Below are positions 18,479 through 26,058 of a stretch of DNA of 64,000 nt, piece by piece. The DNA is from an uncultured Prolixibacteraceae bacterium. GTDB taxonomy: Bacteria; Bacteroidota; Bacteroidia; Bacteroidales; FEN-979. The position numbers were made by a program, and so were the translations under genes. The notes under the pieces are model-generated. The model did no database searches. It saw only the letters and a list, made by a program, of their open reading frames with translations, and had not been told where the DNA came from. The first letter of the stretch is position 1. The number at the start of each line of letters is the position of its first letter. Where the stretch lies: contig CAYUZX010000004.1 in the NCBI GenBank assembly GCA_964449285.1, forward strand, positions 1,070 to 65,069. Direction: 5' to 3'.

Positions 18479-19422
18479 TATTCTACCTCCCTTTCTGCTT
18501 CAACAGCCTTTTTGGGGTTTTTCTTTCGTTCAGGAGTTTCTACCTCTTCTCCGATATGGGAGAGAGCCTGTTCAATCGGCACAATGTGCTTGGATGGTCT
18601 CAGCTCTTTCAACGGGTAACCAAAAGCCAATGCCATCAACTGTGTGATATAAAGCACCGGAAGATCATATTTCTTTCCTGTCTTCTTTTCGATATCCGGC
18701 TGACGCATGTCGAGGTTCGACTGGCAGAGCGGACAGGCAACTGCAATTAAATGGGCTCCACTCTCTTTGGCCATCTCCAGAATCGTCCCACTGAGGGAGA
18801 GAACGACTTCTGTATCGCTTATGGAAAAGGAAGCTCCGCAACATTCGGTTTTGAAGTCGAAGGGAGTGGCGGTAGCGCCCAGCGCTTCAACGATATAGTC
18901 CATCGACATGGGATATTCCGGCGAGTCAAATTGAGTAATATTCTTTGGACGTGTCAGGAGACATCCATAGTAGCAGGCAATTTTCAGCCCTTTCAACGGG
19001 TATGTGACCTTTTCGGCAATGGCTTCTATTCCGATATCCTCGTAGAAAAACTGAAGCATCGATTTCACGTCGACACTCCCCTGGTATTCGCCCTCTTCTA
19101 TAATAGTAGAGTTGATTCGTTTAGCCAGTTCCGGATGATTATCCATCTCAACTTTGGTGCTTTTCATCCGTGAGTAGCAGGAGGCACAAGCGATTCCCAT
19201 GGTTTTATTAGATAGCTTCTCAGCCAGAACCAGGTTCCTAAGGGGAAGTGCCAGGGCCAGGTTCTCGGTCATCACATGGGCGGAGGTTGCCCCACAACAG
19301 TTCCAGTCGGGCAACTCCTCCATCTCCACATCCAGGGACTTCATTACCAGCTTCAGGGTACTGTCGAACTCTTCGCTGGTCCCGTGTGCGGAACAACCCG
19401 GAAAATAGGTCAGTTTTGTCAT
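18478..19422 (-). CDS. hdrB: Heterodisulfide reductase subunit B-like (two CCG domains)
   Basis: 314 aa; CCG motifs WNCCGAT... and ECCGASF..., plus PLCQSNLD. Confidence 0.9.
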   Translation of the reverse strand: MTKLTYFPGCSAHGTSEEFDSTLKLVMKSLDVEMEELPDWNCCGATSAHVMTENLALALPLRNLVLAEKLSNKTMGIACASCYSRMKSTKVEMDNHPELAKRINSTIIEEGEYQGSVDVKSMLQFFYEDIGIEAIAEKVTYPLKGLKIACYYGCLLTRPKNITQFDSPEYPMSMDYIVEALGATATPFDFKTECCGASFSISDTEVVLSLSGTILEMAKESGAHLIAVACPLCQSNLDMRQPDIEKKTGKKYDLPVLYITQLMALAFGYPLKELRPSKHIVPIEQALSHIGEEVETPERKKNPKKAVEAEREVE

Positions 19423-19430
19423 GATTCAGA

Positions 19431-20000
19431 TTATTTAGTCTTTTCCAGTTTTTCAGCCATCTTGAACATACGCTTGATGGCCTTCGCACTCTTCACCTTC
19501 TCATGCCCGATGGGAATTTTGCCTTTGAGCAGGGCCTTGGGAGCCAGGTGCATATCTTTGAACAGGTTGCGGGTCCTGATATTGAACTCGGCCATCATGC
19601 GAAGTTCGTAATTACGACCGTAGCGTTTTACCATATCCAGGAAGATCTCGTGGAATTTTCGGATATTTTTCACCCTTGGATCATCGGGGTTGACATTCTC
19701 TTCGATTGCCAGATGTCGGATCGATTCCATCACTCGGGGAATGTCTATTTCGCGCGGACATCTTCCTGAACAGGCGGCGCATGTCAGGCAAAACCACATG
19801 GAGTTGGCCATATAGGTCTCTTCTTTCAATCCCAGCTTGATCATCTGCATGATCTCCCTTGGAGGGAAATCCATAAAGCTGCTGACCGGGCATGTGGAGA
19901 CACATTTCCCGCACTGGTAACAGTCGAGGATGTTATTGCCACTTTTCTCATTTACATCCTCCAGGAATTTATTTTCGATTTGATGTCCAAGTGCAATCAT
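19431..20000 (-). CDS. hdrC: Heterodisulfide reductase subunit C-like 4Fe-4S protein
   Basis: 189 aa; CYQCGKCVSTCP and CLTCAACSGRCP motifs; first gene of the cluster. Confidence 0.9.
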   Translation of the reverse strand: MIALGHQIENKFLEDVNEKSGNNILDCYQCGKCVSTCPVSSFMDFPPREIMQMIKLGLKEETYMANSMWFCLTCAACSGRCPREIDIPRVMESIRHLAIEENVNPDDPRVKNIRKFHEIFLDMVKRYGRNYELRMMAEFNIRTRNLFKDMHLAPKALLKGKIPIGHEKVKSAKAIKRMFKMAEKLEKTK

Positions 20001-20037
20001 AAATTGGCCTCTTACAATTGTTAATAAAATAACAGAA

Positions 20038-20045
20038 CAAAGTTA
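20038..20045 (-). promoter_or_regulatory. Bacteroidota-type -7 box TAACTTTG upstream of hdrC
   Basis: Matches TAnnTTTG on the minus strand, 38 nt upstream of the start at 20000. Confidence 0.4.
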
Positions 20046-20057
20046 GTGAAAAATATC

Positions 20058-20074
20058 TTTGGAATATTTCCAAA
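20058..20074. promoter_or_regulatory. Perfect 7-3-7 palindrome TTTGGAA-TAT-TTCCAAA upstream of hdrC (candidate operator)
   Basis: Read directly from the sequence. It lies 58-74 nt upstream of the hdrC start and just upstream of a TAACTTTG -7-like box. Confidence 0.35.
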
Positions 20075-20173
20075 TAAAGAGAGGGGGAAACACATTGAAA
20101 AGGTCGTGGTTTACGGGTTAAAATAAGGACAGCGGGATGAAAACACGAAGGGGCAATCGCATGAAAACAGGCA

Positions 20174-20204
20174 GGTAGGGGCTACCTGGCAGGTCACCCC
20201 TACC
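20174..20204 (-). terminator. Candidate intrinsic terminator downstream of tonB paralog 1
   Basis: Stem ggtagggg (20174-20181) / cccctacc (20197-20204) with further inner pairing. The minus-strand hairpin is followed by tgcctgttttcat, a weak U-tract. Confidence 0.5.
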
Positions 20205-20216
20205 GATGTTGGAAAA

Positions 20217-20999
20217 TCAATCTGTGCGAAGCGTAAATTTGATCGGAAGGTTGAAAGATACGCGTACAGGAATTCCGCGTTGTTTTCCGGGGGTCCATTT
20301 GGGCATACCTTGCACAACCCTGATTGCCTCTTCGTCGCATCCTCCTCCGATTCCGCGGAGAACTTTCACGTTACTTACCGAGCCGTTTGTCTCTACCACA
20401 AAGGTCACAAATACCCTACCCTGGATGCCAAGTTCCTTGGCCTCTTCCGGATAGTTGATTGCATCTCCGAGGTATTTGTTCAGTTCAGAATATCCACCAG
20501 GAAATTGTGGATTTTCCTCTACAACAGTGAAGATCGCTGCCTCTTTTGGTTGCTCGATCACCGGAGGTTTTTCCTCGATCACTGTGATCATCGGGTATTC
20601 ATCAGGAATCTCAGTGTTTTTTCTTTCAGCCAACAGGTCTTGTTTCCCGAATTCCGGATCACCTGCAGAATCAACTAAAACCGGGGCGACAAACCTTACC
20701 TTTGCGACTTCAGGCTCCGGGGCTTCCGGGACTTCCGGCTTCGGTTTCTCTTCCGCAGGTGGGTTCAAGATATTTACGCCTACCACCTTTTCCTCATCTT
20801 TAGGTGGAGTAGGTTTATAATATATTGCTGTCACCAGCGGGTAGCTGACCACGGCACTGGTGATAAAGAGTGCGAAGACCATTGCTATGATCACAAATTT
20901 TCTATAATCACGGCGCAGCTGATAAGCTCCGTAACTTTTGTTTCTGTGACGGAATACGATCTCTTCGAGAGATTCCGTCCGGTGTTCTTCCGTTTTCAT
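20217..20999 (-). CDS. tonB: Energy transducer TonB (paralog 1)
   Basis: 260 aa; N-terminal TM anchor, Pro/Glu/Lys-rich linker, TonB C-terminal domain GIQGRVFVTFVVETNGSVSNVKVLRGIGGGCDEEAIRVV. Confidence 0.9.
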   Translation of the reverse strand: MKTEEHRTESLEEIVFRHRNKSYGAYQLRRDYRKFVIIAMVFALFITSAVVSYPLVTAIYYKPTPPKDEEKVVGVNILNPPAEEKPKPEVPEAPEPEVAKVRFVAPVLVDSAGDPEFGKQDLLAERKNTEIPDEYPMITVIEEKPPVIEQPKEAAIFTVVEENPQFPGGYSELNKYLGDAINYPEEAKELGIQGRVFVTFVVETNGSVSNVKVLRGIGGGCDEEAIRVVQGMPKWTPGKQRGIPVRVSFNLPIKFTLRTD

Positions 21000-21014
21000 G
21001 GCTGCAGGGTTTTG

Positions 21015-21151
21015 GTAGAGACAAGAGATGCCTCGGCTTTACAATGATTTTCATCTTGACACCATGCTTCGGAATAATCCATAAAAAAATGGCACCGCCC
21101 GAGGGGGTGCCATTTTTGATATTATAGAGCCGAGGCATCTCTCGTCTCTAC
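21015..21151. repeat. 24-bp inverted repeat (1 mismatch) enclosing the inter-tonB terminator
   Basis: The left arm gtagagacaagagatgcctcggct (21015-21038) pairs with the right arm agccgaggcatctctcgtctctac (21128-21151). Confidence 0.9.
21089..21113. terminator. Bidirectional intrinsic terminator downstream of tonB paralog 2
   Basis: 8-bp stem atggcacc/ggtgccat around a GC-rich loop, flanked by A7 (21083-21089) and T5 (21113-21117). On the minus strand the hairpin is followed by a U7 run. Confidence 0.8.
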
Positions 21152-21171
21152 AAATGGTCGGCAAATGCCTG

Positions 21172-21951
21172 TTATTGCAATGTAAATTTAATCGGCAGGT
21201 TGTACGATACCCTGACAGGGATTCCGCGTTGTTTTCCGGGGGTCCATCTGGGCATGCTTTTCACAACCCTGATGGCCTCTTCGTCACATCCGCCTCCGAT
21301 TCCGCGGAGAACCTTCACATTACTTACCGAGCCGTTGGTCTCTACCACAAAGTTCACAAATACCCTTCCCTGGATGCCAAGTTCCTTGGCCTCCTCCGGA
21401 TATTTGATCGACTCACTGAGAAATTTATAGAGTTCTACATCTCCGCCTGGAAATTGCGGATTCTCTTCCACAACCGTGAAAATCTCCGCCTCTTTAGGTT
21501 GCTCGATAACCTGCGGTTTCTCTTCCACGAACTCGATCTCGGGCTCTTCGGAAGGAACCTCAGTGTTCCCTTTTTCAGCCAGCATATCCTGCTTTCCAAA
21601 ATCTGATTCCACCGTTGTGTCTTCAACAACTACCGGAGCTGTAAACTTCACCTTTTCCTGAAGTGCTTCAGGAGGAGGAGGAGGAGGAGGAGGAGGAGGA
21701 GGTTCATTCTGAGGCAAATCCAGCAACTCAGCGCCAACGCTCATCTCTTCTTTCAAAATCCGTCCTTTGTTAACAACCGCAGTGATGATCGGATAAGCCA
21801 CTACGCCAGCCATAACCAAGATGGCAATGATCGTAGAGACAATAATATACTTCTTATACTTCTTTCGAAGCATATATGCTCCATAGGTCTTGTTCCGGTT
21901 CTTAAAGACCATTTCCTCTAAGGATTCTACACGTTCGTGTTTTGCTGTCAT
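21172..21951 (-). CDS. tonB: Energy transducer TonB (paralog 2, poly-proline linker)
   Basis: 259 aa; same architecture as paralog 1. The C-terminal domain is nearly identical at protein level, and the linker holds 12 consecutive prolines. Confidence 0.9.
   Translation of the reverse strand: MTAKHERVESLEEMVFKNRNKTYGAYMLRKKYKKYIIVSTIIAILVMAGVVAYPIITAVVNKGRILKEEMSVGAELLDLPQNEPPPPPPPPPPPEALQEKVKFTAPVVVEDTTVESDFGKQDMLAEKGNTEVPSEEPEIEFVEEKPQVIEQPKEAEIFTVVEENPQFPGGDVELYKFLSESIKYPEEAKELGIQGRVFVNFVVETNGSVSNVKVLRGIGGGCDEEAIRVVKSMPRWTPGKQRGIPVRVSYNLPIKFTLQ
21671..21702 (-). repeat. (GGA)n / (CCT)n trinucleotide microsatellite, ~10.7 units, encoding the TonB poly-proline linker
   Basis: ggaggaggaggaggaggaggaggaggaggagg on the + strand; together with adjacent codons it encodes the 12-proline run in TonB paralog 2. 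Confidence 0.95.
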
Positions 21952-21979
21952 AGTCCTCTGGTTTTTAATAAAACGAAAC

Positions 21980-22660
21980 CTATTTAACTTTAATTACAGG
22001 ATATTCGGTAAGAGGTGTCCCGGCTTTTGTAGCCTCGATCATCATCACCTCAACCTGACCAATGTCGACAATTGCATAGCTTGCTATATTGCATATCGCC
22101 ATCTCATCAATGATGTTCACGATATCCTTGTATCTAGCCGTTGTATCAGCCTTGATCAGAACGATGGGCCCCTTTTTGTCATCCATTTTCATCTGCTTGA
22201 TCGTATTCTCAAACGTCGAATCAGCCACGATGATCTCGCCTGTCAACCGTTTTTCCCGATACTCTATAATTTTGGTGAAAAGATCCCGGTTCCAGTTGAG
22301 CAACATTTTCCGTACACCGTCTTTACTGAAATCACTTTTAACGACAATCGGCATGGCCTTCTTGGGAGCAGGCTGTCCTTTGTAGTAAAAGACCTCGTCA
22401 TTACCAGAGAGCAGGATGTTCAGGGTACGAGCCTCAGAAATTTTCGGCTGGTCTTTTTGCTCCTGGTTCTTGTCCTTTTCGGGCATGGTGATCACCATAA
22501 CCTTAGGCTTGGCAAAGGCAGTGGTAAGCATAAAGAAGGTGATAAGCAAACACATGAGGTCGACCATCGGAGTCATGTCAATCTCGGTTGGGTGCTTCTT
22601 CGCCCTTTTCTTCTTGCTTCCCTTCTTCCCGCCGGAATCTTGGGTTTGTATCTGAGCCAT
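21980..22660 (-). CDS. exbD: ExbD/TolR biopolymer transport protein
   Basis: 226 aa; basic N-terminus then TM motif IDMTPMVDLMCLLITFFML, typical of ExbD. Confidence 0.9.
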   Translation of the reverse strand: MAQIQTQDSGGKKGSKKKRAKKHPTEIDMTPMVDLMCLLITFFMLTTAFAKPKVMVITMPEKDKNQEQKDQPKISEARTLNILLSGNDEVFYYKGQPAPKKAMPIVVKSDFSKDGVRKMLLNWNRDLFTKIIEYREKRLTGEIIVADSTFENTIKQMKMDDKKGPIVLIKADTTARYKDIVNIIDEMAICNIASYAIVDIGQVEVMMIEATKAGTPLTEYPVIKVK

Positions 22661-22696
22661 ATCAGTTGCTTTTATCTATGAAATCCAATTATCCAA

Positions 22697-23338
22697 TTAT
22701 TTTTCCGGAGGAAGGTCTTTTAATCCGACCTCCTCTGTAACAAAATTGGTAATAAGATTAAACTTATTAACTTTATTATCCTGCAGCATGTCCATGATCT
22801 CCTTCACCACCATGTAGTTGGCATCGGCATCCCCTTTGATGGCCGCTTCAGCCCGGGGATTCACGATTCGGGAATAGAGGATCCAATAACCAAGTTGGTT
22901 ATCGGTTGAATCATAAGGCATCCCAACTTGAAATTCCTCCCGTTTTTCCAAATTCTCCGCATGGATCCATTTCTTCAGGTCTTTCAATGGCATTCCGAAT
23001 CCTGAAAGGCGCCCGAACAGATCATATTCTTCATCGGTGAACGTTAATTCATAACGTTCCGCCATCTTTCTCAGGATCTGTTCGCGGAACTTGGTGGTTG
23101 AGTCTATCCCGTTATCAATGTTGAAAAACACCTTCCCTTCCTTATCGATGAAGATTGTCATAAGGTTAAAGTCGGGAGCTTGTTTCTCGGAAATGGAAGC
23201 AGGGCTATCGATCATGGCAGCTTCCTGTGGACGGAATGAGGCGGTTAATACGAAGAAGATCAGCAGCAGTGAAAAGAGGTCCACCATAGGCGTCATGTCT
23301 ATGCGTGGGGTACTGACTGGGCGTTTTATCTTAGGCAT
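22697..23338 (-). CDS. exbD: ExbD/TolR biopolymer transport protein
   Basis: 213 aa; IDMTPMVDLFSLLLIFFVL motif. Confidence 0.9.
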   Translation of the reverse strand: MPKIKRPVSTPRIDMTPMVDLFSLLLIFFVLTASFRPQEAAMIDSPASISEKQAPDFNLMTIFIDKEGKVFFNIDNGIDSTTKFREQILRKMAERYELTFTDEEYDLFGRLSGFGMPLKDLKKWIHAENLEKREEFQVGMPYDSTDNQLGYWILYSRIVNPRAEAAIKGDADANYMVVKEIMDMLQDNKVNKFNLITNFVTEEVGLKDLPPEK

Positions 23339-23408
23339 TTACTTCAGTTTTAATTGATGAATAACAGATCAAAACGTACAAACACGTCTGATGTCAACCA
23401 GCAGAATA

Positions 23409-24233
23409 CTACTTCGTTGTAGCAGCAAAGGTCTGAACCAGGCTGAATCCGGCTTCATCAATTTTATAGGTGAAGTTGTCGATCTTCGTGGAAAAATAGT
23501 TATAGAAGACCACAGCCAGCAGTGAACCTAAAATACCAAAAGCGGTATTGATCAGGGCCTCAGAAATACCCGTAGCAAGTGCAAGAGCATCGGGGGCGCC
23601 GGCAGTTGCCAGAGCGGCAAAAGCCCGGATCATCCCGAGTACAGTGCCGAATAAACCGGTTAATACGGAAATGGTAGCGATGGTTGAAAGAATGACGAGA
23701 TTGCGGGAAAGGATTGGCAACTCAAGTGCGGTAGCCTCTTCAAACTCTTTCTGAAGGGCGACAAGTTTCTGGTCTTTTTCCAGTGTTTGGTCTTCTTTCA
23801 GTGATTTGTATCGCAACAACCCAGCTCTCATTACATTGGCTAAAGAGCCTCTTTGTTTATCACACGCATCGATGGCTTCATCAATCTGATTGTCATTCAG
23901 GTAGGACTGCAATTTTTTAACAAAGACATTGATGCGACCTTTCCCTTTGGCACGGCTGAGTGTAATCCAACGTTCAACAGCGAAAATCAACAATACCAGG
24001 TTGATGGTTATAAGCACAGGAACAACCCATCCGCCTTTAAAAACCATACCAAGGTAGTTTCCTGGTAACGGAGCGCCTTCCGGGTTTCCGCCTTCAAAGT
24101 TGATGGGGTTACCCATGATGAACAGGTAAATCAATACCGCCATAACAAATGCAAAGATGATGGCACCTGTTGTGAAAATAGACCTTAAAGCGTCACCTAA
24201 TCCTGCTCCGCTTTGTTTATTCTTCTTGCTCAT
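23409..24233 (-). CDS. exbB: MotA/TolQ/ExbB proton channel protein
   Basis: 274 aa; 3 TM; conserved C-terminal GLFGTVLGMIRAF...ISEALINTAFGI motif. Confidence 0.9.
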   Translation of the reverse strand: MSKKNKQSGAGLGDALRSIFTTGAIIFAFVMAVLIYLFIMGNPINFEGGNPEGAPLPGNYLGMVFKGGWVVPVLITINLVLLIFAVERWITLSRAKGKGRINVFVKKLQSYLNDNQIDEAIDACDKQRGSLANVMRAGLLRYKSLKEDQTLEKDQKLVALQKEFEEATALELPILSRNLVILSTIATISVLTGLFGTVLGMIRAFAALATAGAPDALALATGISEALINTAFGILGSLLAVVFYNYFSTKIDNFTYKIDEAGFSLVQTFAATTK

Positions 24234-24297
24234 TTTAGAAACTTTTAAGTTGATAAATTATTGATTACTTGATTTTTTTCCATTATTTAAGGAACGG

Positions 24298-24305
24298 CAA
24301 ATTTA
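24298..24305 (-). promoter_or_regulatory. -7 box TAAATTTG upstream of exbB
   Basis: Matches TAnnTTTG on the minus strand, 65 nt upstream of the start at 24233, in an AT-rich spacer. Confidence 0.3.
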
Positions 24306-24330
24306 TAAAAAAATTTAGAATACAACCAGA

Positions 24331-26058
24331 TTATTTGACCACCCGCTTAAGTGCTTCGACCATTTGCCTGGCTTTCTCGTTTTCCGGATCAATCGCAAGC
24401 ACATCGTTGTTGAATTTCAATGATTCCCGTGCGAGATCAAGATCCTTCTTATGAAGGACATACTGGTGATAAAAATAATAAGCCAGGTAATAGTAAGACT
24501 CCAAACGCTGTTTCTGGTATTTTACTGTGTCTTCCAACGTAATCTCCAGGATCTGTTCATAGACCGGCTTGGCAAGTCCAAGATCACTCTCCGGATCAAG
24601 GTTGAAAAGGGTTCTTGCCCACCAGGTAAATCCCGGCACATAGGTAGGTTGTGCCTTACAGAAACGTTCAAACATGATAGCAGCATTGATATAGTCCTGT
24701 ATGTTGTAATAAGCCTTTGCCCAGTTATAGACATCTAATACGTTGGCTTCACTTAGGGAATCTTTCAGGCCGTACACCTGGATAGCATTGTTGTAGTCCT
24801 TATATTTGATGTAACTCATTGCCACTTCCGAAAGAAGTTCAATTTTTGACGTATCCATTTCCCAGGCTTTGTATAAAACGATAGCAGCCATCGAGTCCAG
24901 GTCATTTTTCGAGAGTAGCCGTCCGTAGTATGTGAAATCCGATGTGCGGATCTTATCTGTAGGTGAGCGCTCAAAGAATTTTTTGATCGCCTTCAGTCCT
25001 TTTTCGAACTCCTCATTTTCATACAGGGCGTATGCACGGGCACGATATAGATCGATAATGGTGGTATCCATTGACATGACTTCACTGATCTCTGTAAGGG
25101 CCTCCGGATAGTCCTGAAGTTCCATCAGGGTATTGATGAACTGAAGCCGGGCCGGGATATTGCCGGCAGAGAGCTCAAGAAACTTTCTGAACATCTTTTT
25201 TGCTTCAGCATATCTCCCAGCTTTGTAAAGCAAGAAGCCAAGCTCCCGGTAGGCCGGCGCAAATGTTGAATCAATTTGCACCCCTTGTTCGTAATAGTTA
25301 AGTGCCATCTGGTATTGCTTGGCCCGCATCCACAGTTGTCCGATTCGTAAATTGGCCATCGATGAGTTGGTGTTCAGGGATTGAGCGATATTATAATTGG
25401 CAATGGCATTGGAGCCATCATTCAGTAAGTAGATGTAAGCATCACCTCTTACAAGATAGATATCAACATCTTTAGAATTTATTTTTTCTGCCTCACGCAG
25501 GTACGTCAATATCTGGGCTGTATCTTTTACCTTTGCCATCACAAATGCATCCGCCATTTTAACGAGTGCATGGGCATGTTTCTCGGGGGTCATCACAATT
25601 TTATTCTTCCTGGTAGGCAGAAGAGAATATGCTTTATCGAGATACTGCTGTGCTTCTATGGTTTCGTTCCTCTGCAAAGCTATCTCTGCCAGTCCGGCAT
25701 AGTTGATAGGATTTGTTGGCTCCTGCTGAATCCCTTTTGTGAACAGGGTCTGGGCCTGATTTGTCATCTCCTGTAGCGATGTATTAAGCGTGTCGGCAAA
25801 ATAGCGTTTCAGATAATTATCGCCATAATAGAAATAAATATCCCCGTCAGTAGGATTTGCAGCAAGGATGGTGCTGAAAAGTTTCTCTGCAGCATTAAAC
25901 TGCTCACTCCGGGTGAGCTTGATGGCATCATCAAGATTCTGGGATTGGGTCGTCCGTATGAATGGAGTAAAAACCAGGAAGAGAGCCAAAGTGCCATACC
26001 TCAAAGCAACACGTGTCATATATATACCTCCTAATCGTTTAGTGTTTGATTTCCACAA
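24331..26058 (-). CDS. Tetratricopeptide-repeat (TPR) protein
   Basis: 575 aa; signal/TM region followed by many A/Y/L-patterned 34-aa repeats. An alternative start at 26019 (MTRVALRYG) would avoid overlapping the upstream gene. Confidence 0.8.
   Translation of the reverse strand: MWKSNTKRLGGIYMTRVALRYGTLALFLVFTPFIRTTQSQNLDDAIKLTRSEQFNAAEKLFSTILAANPTDGDIYFYYGDNYLKRYFADTLNTSLQEMTNQAQTLFTKGIQQEPTNPINYAGLAEIALQRNETIEAQQYLDKAYSLLPTRKNKIVMTPEKHAHALVKMADAFVMAKVKDTAQILTYLREAEKINSKDVDIYLVRGDAYIYLLNDGSNAIANYNIAQSLNTNSSMANLRIGQLWMRAKQYQMALNYYEQGVQIDSTFAPAYRELGFLLYKAGRYAEAKKMFRKFLELSAGNIPARLQFINTLMELQDYPEALTEISEVMSMDTTIIDLYRARAYALYENEEFEKGLKAIKKFFERSPTDKIRTSDFTYYGRLLSKNDLDSMAAIVLYKAWEMDTSKIELLSEVAMSYIKYKDYNNAIQVYGLKDSLSEANVLDVYNWAKAYYNIQDYINAAIMFERFCKAQPTYVPGFTWWARTLFNLDPESDLGLAKPVYEQILEITLEDTVKYQKQRLESYYYLAYYFYHQYVLHKKDLDLARESLKFNNDVLAIDPENEKARQMVEALKRVVK

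Noticed and set aside
16026-20000. Selenocysteine (in-frame TGA) recoding in HdrA/MvhD-like genes, as occurs in some organisms
   Set aside because: All four ORFs are uninterrupted, with Cys at the expected cluster motifs, and no in-frame TGA needs explaining.
20908-21138. 76-aa ORF in the inter-tonB spacer
   Set aside because: It spans the terminator hairpin and the 5' end of tonB paralog 1 in another frame, and it has no supporting features.
21015-21151. The 137-bp inverted-repeat unit as a confirmed MITE
   Set aside because: There is no target-site duplication at the arm boundaries (ttg|gtagag ... ctctac|aaa) and only one copy in the window. It is kept as an inverted repeat of uncertain nature.
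21890-22681. 263-aa ORF on the + strand
   Set aside because: It is antisense to the exbD gene (21980-22660), which has the diagnostic ExbD TM motif. The + strand product has no recognisable features.
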